In this document: piece after piece, positions 18,419 through 27,485 of the stretch
Position numbering within the stretch: the stretch's first letter is position 1
Layout: the number at the start of each line of letters is the position of its first letter
Origin: Minisyncoccia bacterium
Lineage (GTDB): Bacteria; Patescibacteriota; Minisyncoccia; Phycocordibacterales; JAACPR01
DNA length: 54,640 bases
Assembly: GCA_047639165.1 (NCBI GenBank)
Contig: JBLINH010000002.1
Location: 1 to 54,640 of the forward strand
Direction: 5' to 3'
The notes under the pieces: model-generated
The model's input: only the letters and a program-made list of their open reading frames with translations
Told to the model about the DNA's origin: nothing
Databases searched by the model: none
Translations under genes and position numbers: made by a program

Positions 18419-19579
18419 ATGCAAAAGTTTGAGTTTCCTAAAGATTTTTTCTGGGGCGCTGCCGCAGCCTCATACCAAGTTGAAGGCGGAATAGAAAATA
18501 ATGATTGGGCCAAAGCTGCTCGTGATGGTTTTGTTCCTGTCGCAGGTACAGGAGCTGATCACTACAACAGATATGAAGAAGATTTTGATATCGCAAAATC
18601 TCTTGGTCATAACTCACACAGACTTTCTATCGAATGGTCTCGTATCGAACCAACAGAAGGATATTTTGATGAGAAAGAAATAGAACACTACAAGAAGGTT
18701 ATTGAAGCACTCAATGCACGAGGATTAACACCCTTCATTACTCTCTGGCACTTCACTCTACCAGATTGGTTTGTAGCAAAAGGAGGATTTACAAAAAGAA
18801 AAAACGTAGAATATTTTACTAAATACTGTACTCGTGTGGTTTCTTCTCTGAAAGATCACTCTGCTCAGTGGGCTACGTTTAATGAACCGATGGTATATGC
18901 ATCGAATGGTTGGGTGAGGGGTTCATGGCCTCCTTTTAAGTTTGGACATTTTGGAAGTATGATCAAAGTTGCAGATAACTTGGCTAAAGCACATAAAGAA
19001 GCATATGATGCTATTAAAAAAGAAGACCCTGATGCTGATGTTGGAATAGTGAAGGATAATATATATTTTCACTCTGATAAGAAACCTTGGAATATTGTGA
19101 GAGCTAAGTTTTTAAATTGGTTTTGGAACCACCGGTTTTTAAACAAAATTGATAATCATTGTGACAACATTGGATTAAATTACTATTTCCACAGTTACTA
19201 TGGAAATAGTTCAAACTATCCAAAGTCAGATATGGGATGGGAACTATACCCTGAAGGTCTGTATCATATGCTCATGGACCTAAAGAGGTATGATAAGCCA
19301 GTGTTTGTGGCAGAAGCTGGTATTGCAGACGAAAAGGATAATAATAGGGCGTGGTATATAAAGGAACTTGTATATAATATGCATAAGGCTATAGAAGATG
19401 GAGTAGACTTGAGGGGATATATGTATTGGTCCTTGCTTGATAACTATGAATGGGCTTTTGGATATCAAAAAAGATTTGGGTTAGTGGAGGTAAACTTTGA
19501 AACTAAAGAAAGAAAGATCAGAGACTCCGCATATGAGTATAGGAAGATTTGTCAGTCTAATACTTTAATTAGAAATTAA
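18419..19579 (+). CDS. glycoside hydrolase family 1 (beta-glucosidase-like), compact form
   Basis: FFWGAAAASYQVEGG and TFNEP (acid/base). The nucleophile region is VAEAG instead of ITENG. Confidence 0.8.
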   Translation: MQKFEFPKDFFWGAAAASYQVEGGIENNDWAKAARDGFVPVAGTGADHYNRYEEDFDIAKSLGHNSHRLSIEWSRIEPTEGYFDEKEIEHYKKVIEALNARGLTPFITLWHFTLPDWFVAKGGFTKRKNVEYFTKYCTRVVSSLKDHSAQWATFNEPMVYASNGWVRGSWPPFKFGHFGSMIKVADNLAKAHKEAYDAIKKEDPDADVGIVKDNIYFHSDKKPWNIVRAKFLNWFWNHRFLNKIDNHCDNIGLNYYFHSYYGNSSNYPKSDMGWELYPEGLYHMLMDLKRYDKPVFVAEAGIADEKDNNRAWYIKELVYNMHKAIEDGVDLRGYMYWSLLDNYEWAFGYQKRFGLVEVNFETKERKIRDSAYEYRKICQSNTLIRN

Positions 19580-19580
19580 T

Positions 19581-20501
19581 ATGTCACAATGGATTGTATT
19601 AGTGGTAATAGCACAGTTTATAAATGCGATAGTTGCTATTATCGATAAGTATTTGGTTTCTTCAAAAAGAGTTGGAAATCCAATTACTTATACTTTCTAT
19701 ATTGGTATACTATCGTCACTTTCAATCTTGGTTTTTCTGTTTGGTTCTATAACAATTCCTTTGATTAGTTTAGATTTACCATCGTTCTCTAATATTGCGT
19801 TCATATCTTTTAAGGAGCTTATATTACTTGTCGTTGTATCGGTGTCATTCCTGGGAGCACTTGTTACATTATTCAGTGCTTTTAGAGATGCAGACACATC
19901 AGATGTTGTTCCTGTTGTTGGTTCAGTTGCGGCCATATTTACTTTAGGATTATCAACTTTGCTTTTAGGTTCAGTTCTTACTGGAGGGTTCATTTGGGGA
20001 TTTATATTACTTATCGTCGGGATGCTCATGGTTTCTCATTTTAGATTCAGTAAGAAGACAGCGATGTATTCTATAATTGCTGGAGCTTTGTTTGGATTGA
20101 ACATAGTGACAATGAAGTTACTATTCTTGGAAACAAACTTTGATAATGCATTTTTCTGGTCTCGAATCGGTATAGCACTGTTTGCTTTACTTCTTTTGTT
20201 TAAAATTCCAAAGAAAACTAAGACTAAAGGAGGAAAAACTTCTAGTTGGGCTATTATTCTTGGAAACAAAGTATTGGCAGGTATCGCTGGTCTTTTAATA
20301 TTGAAAGCCATTGATGTAGGAGATGTTCCAATCGTTCAAGCTCTTGGGGGATTACAATTCCTATTTCTTTTGGTGTTTGCTTTGTTTCTTGGAAACAAAA
20401 CACCGTACTCTTGTGGAGACAACTGTACAAAAAGAGAACTGGTTCAAAAAATAATCTCAGTTATTATTATATCCATAGGGTTTGCCTTCTTATTCATATG
20501 A
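19581..20501 (+). CDS. polytopic membrane protein, DMT/EamA-like
   Basis: About 9-10 predicted TM helices and no catalytic motif. It sits between two glycosidase genes. Confidence 0.45.
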   Translation: MSQWIVLVVIAQFINAIVAIIDKYLVSSKRVGNPITYTFYIGILSSLSILVFLFGSITIPLISLDLPSFSNIAFISFKELILLVVVSVSFLGALVTLFSAFRDADTSDVVPVVGSVAAIFTLGLSTLLLGSVLTGGFIWGFILLIVGMLMVSHFRFSKKTAMYSIIAGALFGLNIVTMKLLFLETNFDNAFFWSRIGIALFALLLLFKIPKKTKTKGGKTSSWAIILGNKVLAGIAGLLILKAIDVGDVPIVQALGGLQFLFLLVFALFLGNKTPYSCGDNCTKRELVQKIISVIIISIGFAFLFI

Positions 20502-21508
20502 AAAATATACTAAAGAAAATATTATACATAGTCGTTTACCTTTTGATAGTTATTGTTCTTTTGTATACATACTTTCAAATGAGATCTACTCCAAACAATA
20601 TTGAGTACGGAGTTTCTTTCAATACGCTATATGCTCGTGAGTTGGGACTCGATCCATATAAAACATATGATGCAATACTGGATGATTTAAATGTAAAACA
20701 TTTAAGATTAGCGGCGCATTGGAATATGGTTGAGCCTGAAGATGACAAATATAACTTTAAGGAGTTAGATTACCAGATAAATAAAGCAGAGGAAGTCGGT
20801 GCTGATGTTATCCTTGGAGTTGGTAGAAGATTGCCACGATGGCCGGAGTGTCACATTCCAGAATGGGCATGGGGATATTCATGGGAAGATCAAAAAATAG
20901 AAATAGAGGAATATATTGAAGCTGTGGTTTTGAGATACAAAGACAGGGAACACATTGTTCAATTCCAGGTAGAGAACGAACCATTTCTATCTGTATTTGC
21001 AGAAGAACATTGTGGAGACTTGGATGTTGATTTTCTTGATAGGGAGATTGAGTTGGTAAAAGAACTTGCTCCTCTTAAGGATATTCTAGTGACCGACAGT
21101 GGAAACTTAGGTACCTGGGCGAAACCATACAGAAGAGGAGATGTATTTGGTACAAGTGTATATGTATATCTTTGGAATCCAGACATAGGACCGTTTAAGT
21201 CATTCCTGCCACCGTCTTTCTATAGAGCTAAGACTTCTCTGATGGAACATTTGTTCGGTAAGAAAGAAAGTATATTGGTAGAACTTTCACTTGAACCATG
21301 GTTACTACAGCCTGTGGCTGAAACTTCAAGAGAGTTGCAACTGGAAAGAATGAACATGGTGAAGTTTAATGAGATTATAGAGTTTGCAAAAGAAACAAAA
21401 TTTGAAAGACAATATTTATGGGGAGCTGAGTGGTGGTACTTTATGAAAGAGGATGGATATGATGATTTCTGGGATAGGGCGAAAGAAGTATTTAACGAGG
21501 AATCATAA
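20498..21508 (+). CDS. TIM-barrel glycoside hydrolase, clan GH-A (GH5/GH42-like), membrane-anchored
   Basis: LRLAAHWNMVEPEDDKYNF and QVENEP. The ATG at 20498 overlaps the upstream stop (ATGA); the track start at 20411 is TTG. Confidence 0.6.
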   Translation: MKNILKKILYIVVYLLIVIVLLYTYFQMRSTPNNIEYGVSFNTLYARELGLDPYKTYDAILDDLNVKHLRLAAHWNMVEPEDDKYNFKELDYQINKAEEVGADVILGVGRRLPRWPECHIPEWAWGYSWEDQKIEIEEYIEAVVLRYKDREHIVQFQVENEPFLSVFAEEHCGDLDVDFLDREIELVKELAPLKDILVTDSGNLGTWAKPYRRGDVFGTSVYVYLWNPDIGPFKSFLPPSFYRAKTSLMEHLFGKKESILVELSLEPWLLQPVAETSRELQLERMNMVKFNEIIEFAKETKFERQYLWGAEWWYFMKEDGYDDFWDRAKEVFNEES

Positions 21509-22253
21509 CAGTAAAAAGTGAGCCATTATTAGGTTCACTTTTTACTTTGATATTTCCTTTTAACTTATTTTCCAATATATACTTTACTGTCGATAGTCCT
21601 ATTCCTGATCCACCACATGATTTTCTTGTTGAGTAGAAAGGTTTAAATATTCTGTTTATATCTTTTCTCTCGATACCTTTCCCGTAGTCTCTGACTGTGA
21701 TGTACGCATACTTATTTTTACATTTAGTTTCAAGTACTATCTTTTTGTTTTTCATATCAACATCTCTGTATGATTCGATTGCATTTGATATTATATTCAT
21801 AAGTACTTGATACAGACTAAGATGATTACATTTCAGTTTTATGTCCTCACTTGTTGCGAATATGAAACTAATATTATTTTTTAAAGCATAGTATTTTACA
21901 AGAAGCATTATGTTTTTTATCGATTCGTTTAGTGACACATCAGATACCTCTTCTGAATTATTTGAATATGCTTTTACTAACATGATTAGATCCTCCATTT
22001 GTTTTCCAGATCGTGTGACTACTTCTAGGTACTTTTTTAAGTCATCTTCAGATCGAACGCTACCGAAGGTGTTAATTGAAAGAAGTAGAGAAGATAGTGG
22101 GTTTAGTATATCGTGTAGTATTCCGGTCGAGAGTTTACCAATTTCTGCGTATTTACCGAGCGCTGTCAGACTGTCTCGTTTTTTTGTTTTAAAAAAAGAA
22201 ATAGGTTTACTATCTCTTTTTGCAACTATGTAATTTTTAATTGTATCTAACAT
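21492..22253 (-). CDS. cytoplasmic histidine kinase (HisKA + HATPase_c, no sensor or TM domain)
   Basis: H-box GILHDILNPLS, N-box ISNAIES and G-box GGSGIGLS. Confidence 0.85.
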   Translation of the reverse strand: MLDTIKNYIVAKRDSKPISFFKTKKRDSLTALGKYAEIGKLSTGILHDILNPLSSLLLSINTFGSVRSEDDLKKYLEVVTRSGKQMEDLIMLVKAYSNNSEEVSDVSLNESIKNIMLLVKYYALKNNISFIFATSEDIKLKCNHLSLYQVLMNIISNAIESYRDVDMKNKKIVLETKCKNKYAYITVRDYGKGIERKDINRIFKPFYSTRKSCGGSGIGLSTVKYILENKLKGNIKVKSEPNNGSLFTVMIPR

Positions 22254-22921
22254 ATTGATTGTGATACTTTATATCCTCTACCAGGGATAGATTTTATAAA
22301 AGTTTTATTACGGTCTCTCAATTTCTTTCGAAGACTCATAATGTGAGCTTCTATAGTATTTGAAAAAGGATTGGCGTTTATATCCCACACATGTTCCATT
22401 ATCTGCCCACGTGAAAGTATTACATCTCTGTTTTTCATAAGGTATTCAAGAAGACTAAATTCTTTTCTTGTTAGGTATATAGGTTTTTTATTCTTAGAAA
22501 CAGTTCCCCTGTCTCTATTAATTTCAATACCTCTTATCGTTATTACTTTCTCTTCAAGTTTCTTAGGTCTCCTCATTAATGTTCGTATTCTTGCTAGAAG
22601 TTCAGTGAAAGAAAATGGTTTAGTCATATAGTCATCTACACCTGTATTTAGGAGATCCACTTTCTCAAGTACTTCTGACTTTACAGACAACATTAGTATT
22701 GGAACTGTTATACCTGCCTCACGAATGTCTTTACAAACATGTCCTCCCTGTTTTTTAGGGAGGACATTATCCAAAAGTATTAAATCATAATCGTTTGTTC
22801 TAGCCATGAATGAGCCTTGCTCACCGTCTTCGGCCTCATCGATCGAGAACGCCTCTGCCTCTAGGCTGAGCCTAAGTACGTTCCTGATTGAGCTGTCGTC
22901 TTCGACAATTAAGATTTTCAT
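22247..22921 (-). CDS. OmpR-family response regulator
   Basis: MKILIVEDD receiver domain and a winged-helix C-terminus (RGYKV). It overlaps the kinase gene by 7 nt. Confidence 0.9.
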   Translation of the reverse strand: MKILIVEDDSSIRNVLRLSLEAEAFSIDEAEDGEQGSFMARTNDYDLILLDNVLPKKQGGHVCKDIREAGITVPILMLSVKSEVLEKVDLLNTGVDDYMTKPFSFTELLARIRTLMRRPKKLEEKVITIRGIEINRDRGTVSKNKKPIYLTRKEFSLLEYLMKNRDVILSRGQIMEHVWDINANPFSNTIEAHIMSLRKKLRDRNKTFIKSIPGRGYKVSQSIC

Positions 22922-23086
22922 TAAGAGTATTTATAATCTAAAGAAGGTTTAGAGTCAACTAAAATTGTGTGCAATTTTCTTCATTTTTTCTTTAGACTAT
23001 ATTTATGGGGATAAATAGACCATAGAATTTTAAGTATGTGTAGTAAGATTAAAGAGTTATTAGTTTTAAATTGATAAAGTATACGT

Positions 23087-23758
23087 ATGCAAGCATATTC
23101 ATTTGCGCAAGTAGTTCAAATATCTCTCCTAGATTTATGGGGAAGAGTAGTTGGAATACTTCCAGACTTGGTGGGAGCTATATTTATCATCTTTATAGGC
23201 CTTTTAGTTGCTCCAATTTTTGGAGGATGTGCTAAGAGACTTGTAGATGTATTGAAAATTGATCAATTGGCAGAGAAGATGGGTATCCATGAGATGGTGA
23301 AGGGATACAGTAATAAGCTCTCTGTCTCAAGAATCGTTGGAAAGTTAGTAAAGTGGTTCTTTATTCTTGCCTTTGTTATGGCAGCAGCAGAAGTGTTGCA
23401 ATGGGATAGGATTACTTCTTTCTTAGAAGAAATTATCTTTTACATTCCAAATGTTCTGATCGCAGTTATAGTATTAGTATTTGGTGTTATTGCAGGTAAG
23501 TTCTTTGAAATAATCGTTGTACGATCACTTCAAGGAGCAGAAGCTCCTGTGAATAATCCAGAGCTATTAGGTAAAATTACAAGATGGTCATTTGTAGTCT
23601 TTGCAGTATCGGCAGCATTGATTCAACTTGGCGTAGCACAATCACTGATAGCAATTCTATTTGCTGGTATAGTGCTTGCTCTTGCTCTAGCTTTCGGGCT
23701 TGGAGGACGAGACCACGCATCAAATCTACTTTCTCACGTTTGTGGGAAGAAGAAGTAG
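23087..23758 (+). CDS. membrane protein with conserved TM-helix repeats
   Basis: Repeated TM segments resembling the conserved-TM-helix family. Low specificity. Confidence 0.45.
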   Translation: MQAYSFAQVVQISLLDLWGRVVGILPDLVGAIFIIFIGLLVAPIFGGCAKRLVDVLKIDQLAEKMGIHEMVKGYSNKLSVSRIVGKLVKWFFILAFVMAAAEVLQWDRITSFLEEIIFYIPNVLIAVIVLVFGVIAGKFFEIIVVRSLQGAEAPVNNPELLGKITRWSFVVFAVSAALIQLGVAQSLIAILFAGIVLALALAFGLGGRDHASNLLSHVCGKKK

Positions 23759-23781
23759 AGGGGGCTGTAATTTAAATCTAG

Positions 23782-23817
23782 AACCTAAAGAGCCACCGAG
23801 AGGTGGTTTTTTAGGTT
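23782..23817 (+). terminator. rho-independent terminator
   Basis: Hairpin aacctaaagagccacc-gaga-ggtgg followed by T6. Confidence 0.75.
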
Positions 23818-23884
23818 GCTGACTAAGAGTTTATTTTTTAAATGTTTCATGATATGTTTACATATGAACCGGTCAATGAGTATT

Positions 23885-24012
23885 GATCCAATCGCGAATT
23901 TAGATTCGCAATCAAAAATCGCTGCGCACCAGGCTTCTCGAGTAACACATTGCATAAGTTATCGAGAAGTAATACCGTCCCACATCCTCTCTGAGGGTGT
24001 GGGACATTTTTT
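23885..24012 (+). ncRNA. candidate structured leader or small RNA with three hairpins, the last a terminator
   Basis: H1 is gcgaat/attcgc (23894-23909). H2 is cttctcga/tcgagaag (23934-23969). H3 is gtcccacatcct/agggtgtgggac plus T6 (23977-24012). It lies between two terminators and ends 19 nt before the glutaredoxin-like ATG. Confidence 0.3.
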
Positions 24013-24030
24013 ATATGCTAAAATACTTCC

Positions 24031-24267
24031 ATGATTATATATACAAAAACAGGGTGCCCATGGTGTAATGAATTAAAAGATTTTTTAAAAGAAAACAAAG
24101 TAGAGTTTGAAGAAAGAAATGTAACAGAGAGTGACGAACTTAGAACTGAAATGGAAGAAAAGTCAGGACAAACAAAAGCTCCTGTTGTTGATATAGAAGG
24201 AGAGATCTTTGCAGATACTGACAAAGATGAGATAGAGAAGGTTTTGAAAGAGAAGGGAATTATTTAG
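24031..24267 (+). CDS. glutaredoxin-like protein (NrdH/YruB type), CPWC
   Basis: 78 aa with TKTGCPWCNELKDFL and VPVV-type motifs. Confidence 0.8.
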   Translation: MIIYTKTGCPWCNELKDFLKENKVEFEERNVTESDELRTEMEEKSGQTKAPVVDIEGEIFADTDKDEIEKVLKEKGII

Positions 24268-25420
24268 TATCTGTTATAGTCAAACTATATCTCAAACCGA
24301 AGAGCATTATAGCTCCGAGTACTACGAATATATACTTGAGGTCAATACTCAATAACAGTAGTGACGCTATTGTAGGAGCTAGTATGTATGCAAAAGGACG
24401 AATGATTCTGAAGAATCCCATTATACTTATATTAGTACTGTTTATTTTCTTAAACAGATATGTTTCAGTCATGACTTCAATCATGCTTGCCCCGACTCTT
24501 GTTACAAAGAGGATGACAGCCCAAAGGATGAAGTTTTTTTCTGTTGTGAAGGTCATCAGAGTAGTTGCTAGTGCAGTTATGATAAAGCCAGCAGTTAGTA
24601 TTTCTTTCTCACCAACATACTTGTCGGCTAGATATCCAAGTGGTGCTTCAAGTAGTACGAAGGCGATAAGGGCAATACCTATAATGAAACTAACTTCACT
24701 GAAACTGAAACCAATATGTTGATGCAAAAATATTGGTGTGTAAATAATCATCCAAGCATAAAAGAATCTCAAGATAAATCCTGAAGAGAATATTGAGTAT
24801 AGATCATGGTTCCTGTATATCTTTTTAGCAGTTTTGAAGAAGTCTATATCCTTGTACTTTGGATCATGGAAGCTCCCCAAGTATCTAACCAAAATGTATA
24901 TAACTGGAAGTAGGAGTATCGCTCCAAGAAGATACACCTTCCAAAAGTCACCATTTGTTAAAACCAAACCTGTCATTAGTGGACCTATGATGAAAGCAGT
25001 GTTTAGACTTGTAAGAAAAACACCTCTGATACTCCCAGTGTCTTTGTTAGTAGATACATTCTCAAGGAATATGTCTATATTAAAAAAGGCTATGGAAGTT
25101 ACCATAAAACTTACGATAAAAGCTGCTATTAGAAGTAGAGGATCTTTATAAAAGGCTAGTGTCAACAATGCGATGAATTCCACCAATACAAGAGCAAGGA
25201 GGGTCTTATAGTTACCATACTTCGATAGTATAGGTCTTATCGCTATAAAGCCGATGATCGTCAAGATAGAGGCAATAGTGTATATGTATCCAACCTGATT
25301 AGCTTTTAGAAACTGCCCAAGGAAACTTGAGTTGATATATATTGCAGGAGTGAAGTGGAGAGTGAAAAGAAATACTAAAATATATATTATAATCTTGTGG
25401 AGTTTTTGATTTCTAACCAT
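24260..25420 (-). CDS. MFS transporter
   Basis: 12-TM pattern and typical length. Confidence 0.7.
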   Translation of the reverse strand: MVRNQKLHKIIIYILVFLFTLHFTPAIYINSSFLGQFLKANQVGYIYTIASILTIIGFIAIRPILSKYGNYKTLLALVLVEFIALLTLAFYKDPLLLIAAFIVSFMVTSIAFFNIDIFLENVSTNKDTGSIRGVFLTSLNTAFIIGPLMTGLVLTNGDFWKVYLLGAILLLPVIYILVRYLGSFHDPKYKDIDFFKTAKKIYRNHDLYSIFSSGFILRFFYAWMIIYTPIFLHQHIGFSFSEVSFIIGIALIAFVLLEAPLGYLADKYVGEKEILTAGFIITALATTLMTFTTEKNFILWAVILFVTRVGASMIEVMTETYLFKKINSTNISIMGFFRIIRPFAYILAPTIASLLLLSIDLKYIFVVLGAIMLFGLRYSLTITDTK

Positions 25421-25441
25421 CTATATATTCTAACTTATAAC

Positions 25442-25474
25442 AAAACACCCTGCGAGAGTATCGCAGGGTGTTTT
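25442..25474 (-). terminator. terminator hairpin downstream of RNase J
   Basis: Hairpin aaaacaccctgcga / tcgcagggtgtttt with flanking A/T runs. Confidence 0.75.
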
Positions 25475-25484
25475 GTTTAAAACT

Positions 25485-27413
25485 TTACACTCCTAGTATA
25501 ACTGGAATGACCAAAGGTTCTTTCGCAGTTTTTTGGAATAGATATTTACTAACTTCGTTTGAAACAACCTTCTTCAAGTTTTCAAAATCAACCTGACTTT
25601 TTCCTTGAATGTTTTTCTCGATAGTGTTCTTTATCAGATTCCTAACTTCATGTAGAAGTTCTTGAGATTCTCTAAGATATACAAATCCTCTTGAGATTAT
25701 ATCCGGAGACTTCTTCAGTTTTCCGAGTCTTGTATTGATGCTTGCAACAATTACAAAGATACCAGCTTCTGAAAGTAATAGCCTGTCTCTCATAACGACT
25801 TCCTGAAGTTCGCTAACTGAAAATCCATCAACGGTAACAACCTCACTAGGTGCTTTAGCTGCAAGAATTTCAATCTTGTTTCCACCGTCACTGATCTCAA
25901 TGATTGATCCGTTGTCTGGGACAACGATGTTTTCTTTCGGAGTTCCAAGAGTTTCTGCTAGTTTTGCATGCATTCGTAGCATGTAATGCTCCCCATGAAC
26001 TGGCATAAAGAACTTGTAGTTGATCTGACTATGGATCCACGACAACTCTTCACGGTTACCGTGACCTGAAGCATGAACATCAGTGTCTAGATAAGTAATG
26101 ATCTCGGCTTTTGTTCGGAATAGCTTACTCTTTAGTCTTGAAACCACAGTAGCGTTTCCTGGAACAATTGATGATGATAGCAAAATAGTATCAGTGTCTC
26201 TGAACTTCAACTGCTTGTGAACACCATTTGCAACCCTACTCAATACAGCAAACTCTTCTCCTTGAGATCCTGTTACAAGGAAAATCAACCTGTCTGGTGG
26301 ATAGTTTTCCGCCTCAGACATAGGGATGATATTTTCTGACTGTAAGATCTTCAACTGTCTAGCAATATCCAAGTTTGTTTTCATAGATCTTCCTTCGATG
26401 ATGATCTTCTTTCCAAGAGTGTCAGCAATTGAAACAATTGCGGCCAATCTTTCAACTTGTGAAGCAAAAGCTCCGATGAAAAGACGCCCCTTTGTTTCTC
26501 TGATGATTTTCTCTAGGTTTTTTGTAACAACCTGTTCTGATAGTGACCAACCTTTCTTTTCGATAGAGGTTGAGTCCATTGTTAGCATTAGAACGTTACT
26601 ATCCTTGAAACGTTTGTACTGGTTTACCTCTTCATCTGTAGGCACTCCTTCCATGTTGTCTACTCGAACGTCTTCGATGAATACAATGTCACCTAAATGA
26701 GTATGGATTACCAATCCCATAGAGTCGGGGATAGTATGTGAGATAGGGAAACTCTCTACTTTCAAATCTTTTGAAATAACAGTAGTTTCATCACCATCTA
26801 ATACCTTGATATCTAGTTTCTTTAAGTGTGGGAATTCAGTTTGTCTTTTCTGTATCATCACAGCACCGAATTCACGAGAATATATTGGTGGGTATCCAAT
26901 CTTTTCAATAAGATGGGGGATAGCACCGATATGGTCTAAGTGACCATGAGTGATGAATATTCCACGGATTCTCTCCTTGTTTTCTTGTAGATATTTTGTG
27001 TTTGGAATAATGAAATCAATACCTGGTGTTAGGTCAGACTTGAATTCAATACCTGCATCAATAACGATTATATCGTTACCAACTTCGATAGCTGTCATGT
27101 TTTGACCAACTTGCTCAACTCCACCAATTGGAATGATTCTAACGTTTTCACCTACTGGAGGGATAACTAATGGTGTAGATGGTTTTCTTGATAGAGGTCT
27201 TGGTGCTCCTCTTCTCATTGGCCGTCTTTGCATTTTTCTACCACCGCCTGAAGAATGTCTTTCGGTACTGTGTGAAGGACTTTTTGGTCCACCTGGACCA
27301 GGTTTTCTGTGGTGTGAAGGCGCACTATTAGTATGCGGTCTTGCAGTATTACTTTGAGGAGTTCTTCCTGCATCCGGTTTAGGTGAAGGAGCTCCTGTAC
27401 TTCTTTCTGTCAT
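25485..27413 (-). CDS. rnj: ribonuclease J with a basic, Pro/Ser/Arg-rich N-terminal extension
   Basis: The metallo-beta-lactamase motif HGHLDHIG, beta-CASP and the RNase J C-terminal domain are present. The first ~80 aa are low-complexity. Confidence 0.9.
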   Translation of the reverse strand: MTERSTGAPSPKPDAGRTPQSNTARPHTNSAPSHHRKPGPGGPKSPSHSTERHSSGGGRKMQRRPMRRGAPRPLSRKPSTPLVIPPVGENVRIIPIGGVEQVGQNMTAIEVGNDIIVIDAGIEFKSDLTPGIDFIIPNTKYLQENKERIRGIFITHGHLDHIGAIPHLIEKIGYPPIYSREFGAVMIQKRQTEFPHLKKLDIKVLDGDETTVISKDLKVESFPISHTIPDSMGLVIHTHLGDIVFIEDVRVDNMEGVPTDEEVNQYKRFKDSNVLMLTMDSTSIEKKGWSLSEQVVTKNLEKIIRETKGRLFIGAFASQVERLAAIVSIADTLGKKIIIEGRSMKTNLDIARQLKILQSENIIPMSEAENYPPDRLIFLVTGSQGEEFAVLSRVANGVHKQLKFRDTDTILLSSSIVPGNATVVSRLKSKLFRTKAEIITYLDTDVHASGHGNREELSWIHSQINYKFFMPVHGEHYMLRMHAKLAETLGTPKENIVVPDNGSIIEISDGGNKIEILAAKAPSEVVTVDGFSVSELQEVVMRDRLLLSEAGIFVIVASINTRLGKLKKSPDIISRGFVYLRESQELLHEVRNLIKNTIEKNIQGKSQVDFENLKKVVSNEVSKYLFQKTAKEPLVIPVILGV

Positions 27414-27485
27414 AATTTTATCTTTTTAATTTAATAATTAGTTTATTACTTCTAGCTTCTAATGTTAAAAGCCAAAATCAAGAAA

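Noticed and set aside
23816-24034. 72-aa ORF in the track.
   Set aside because: It has a TTG start and runs through three hairpins including an intrinsic terminator. The region is better explained as a leader or sRNA.
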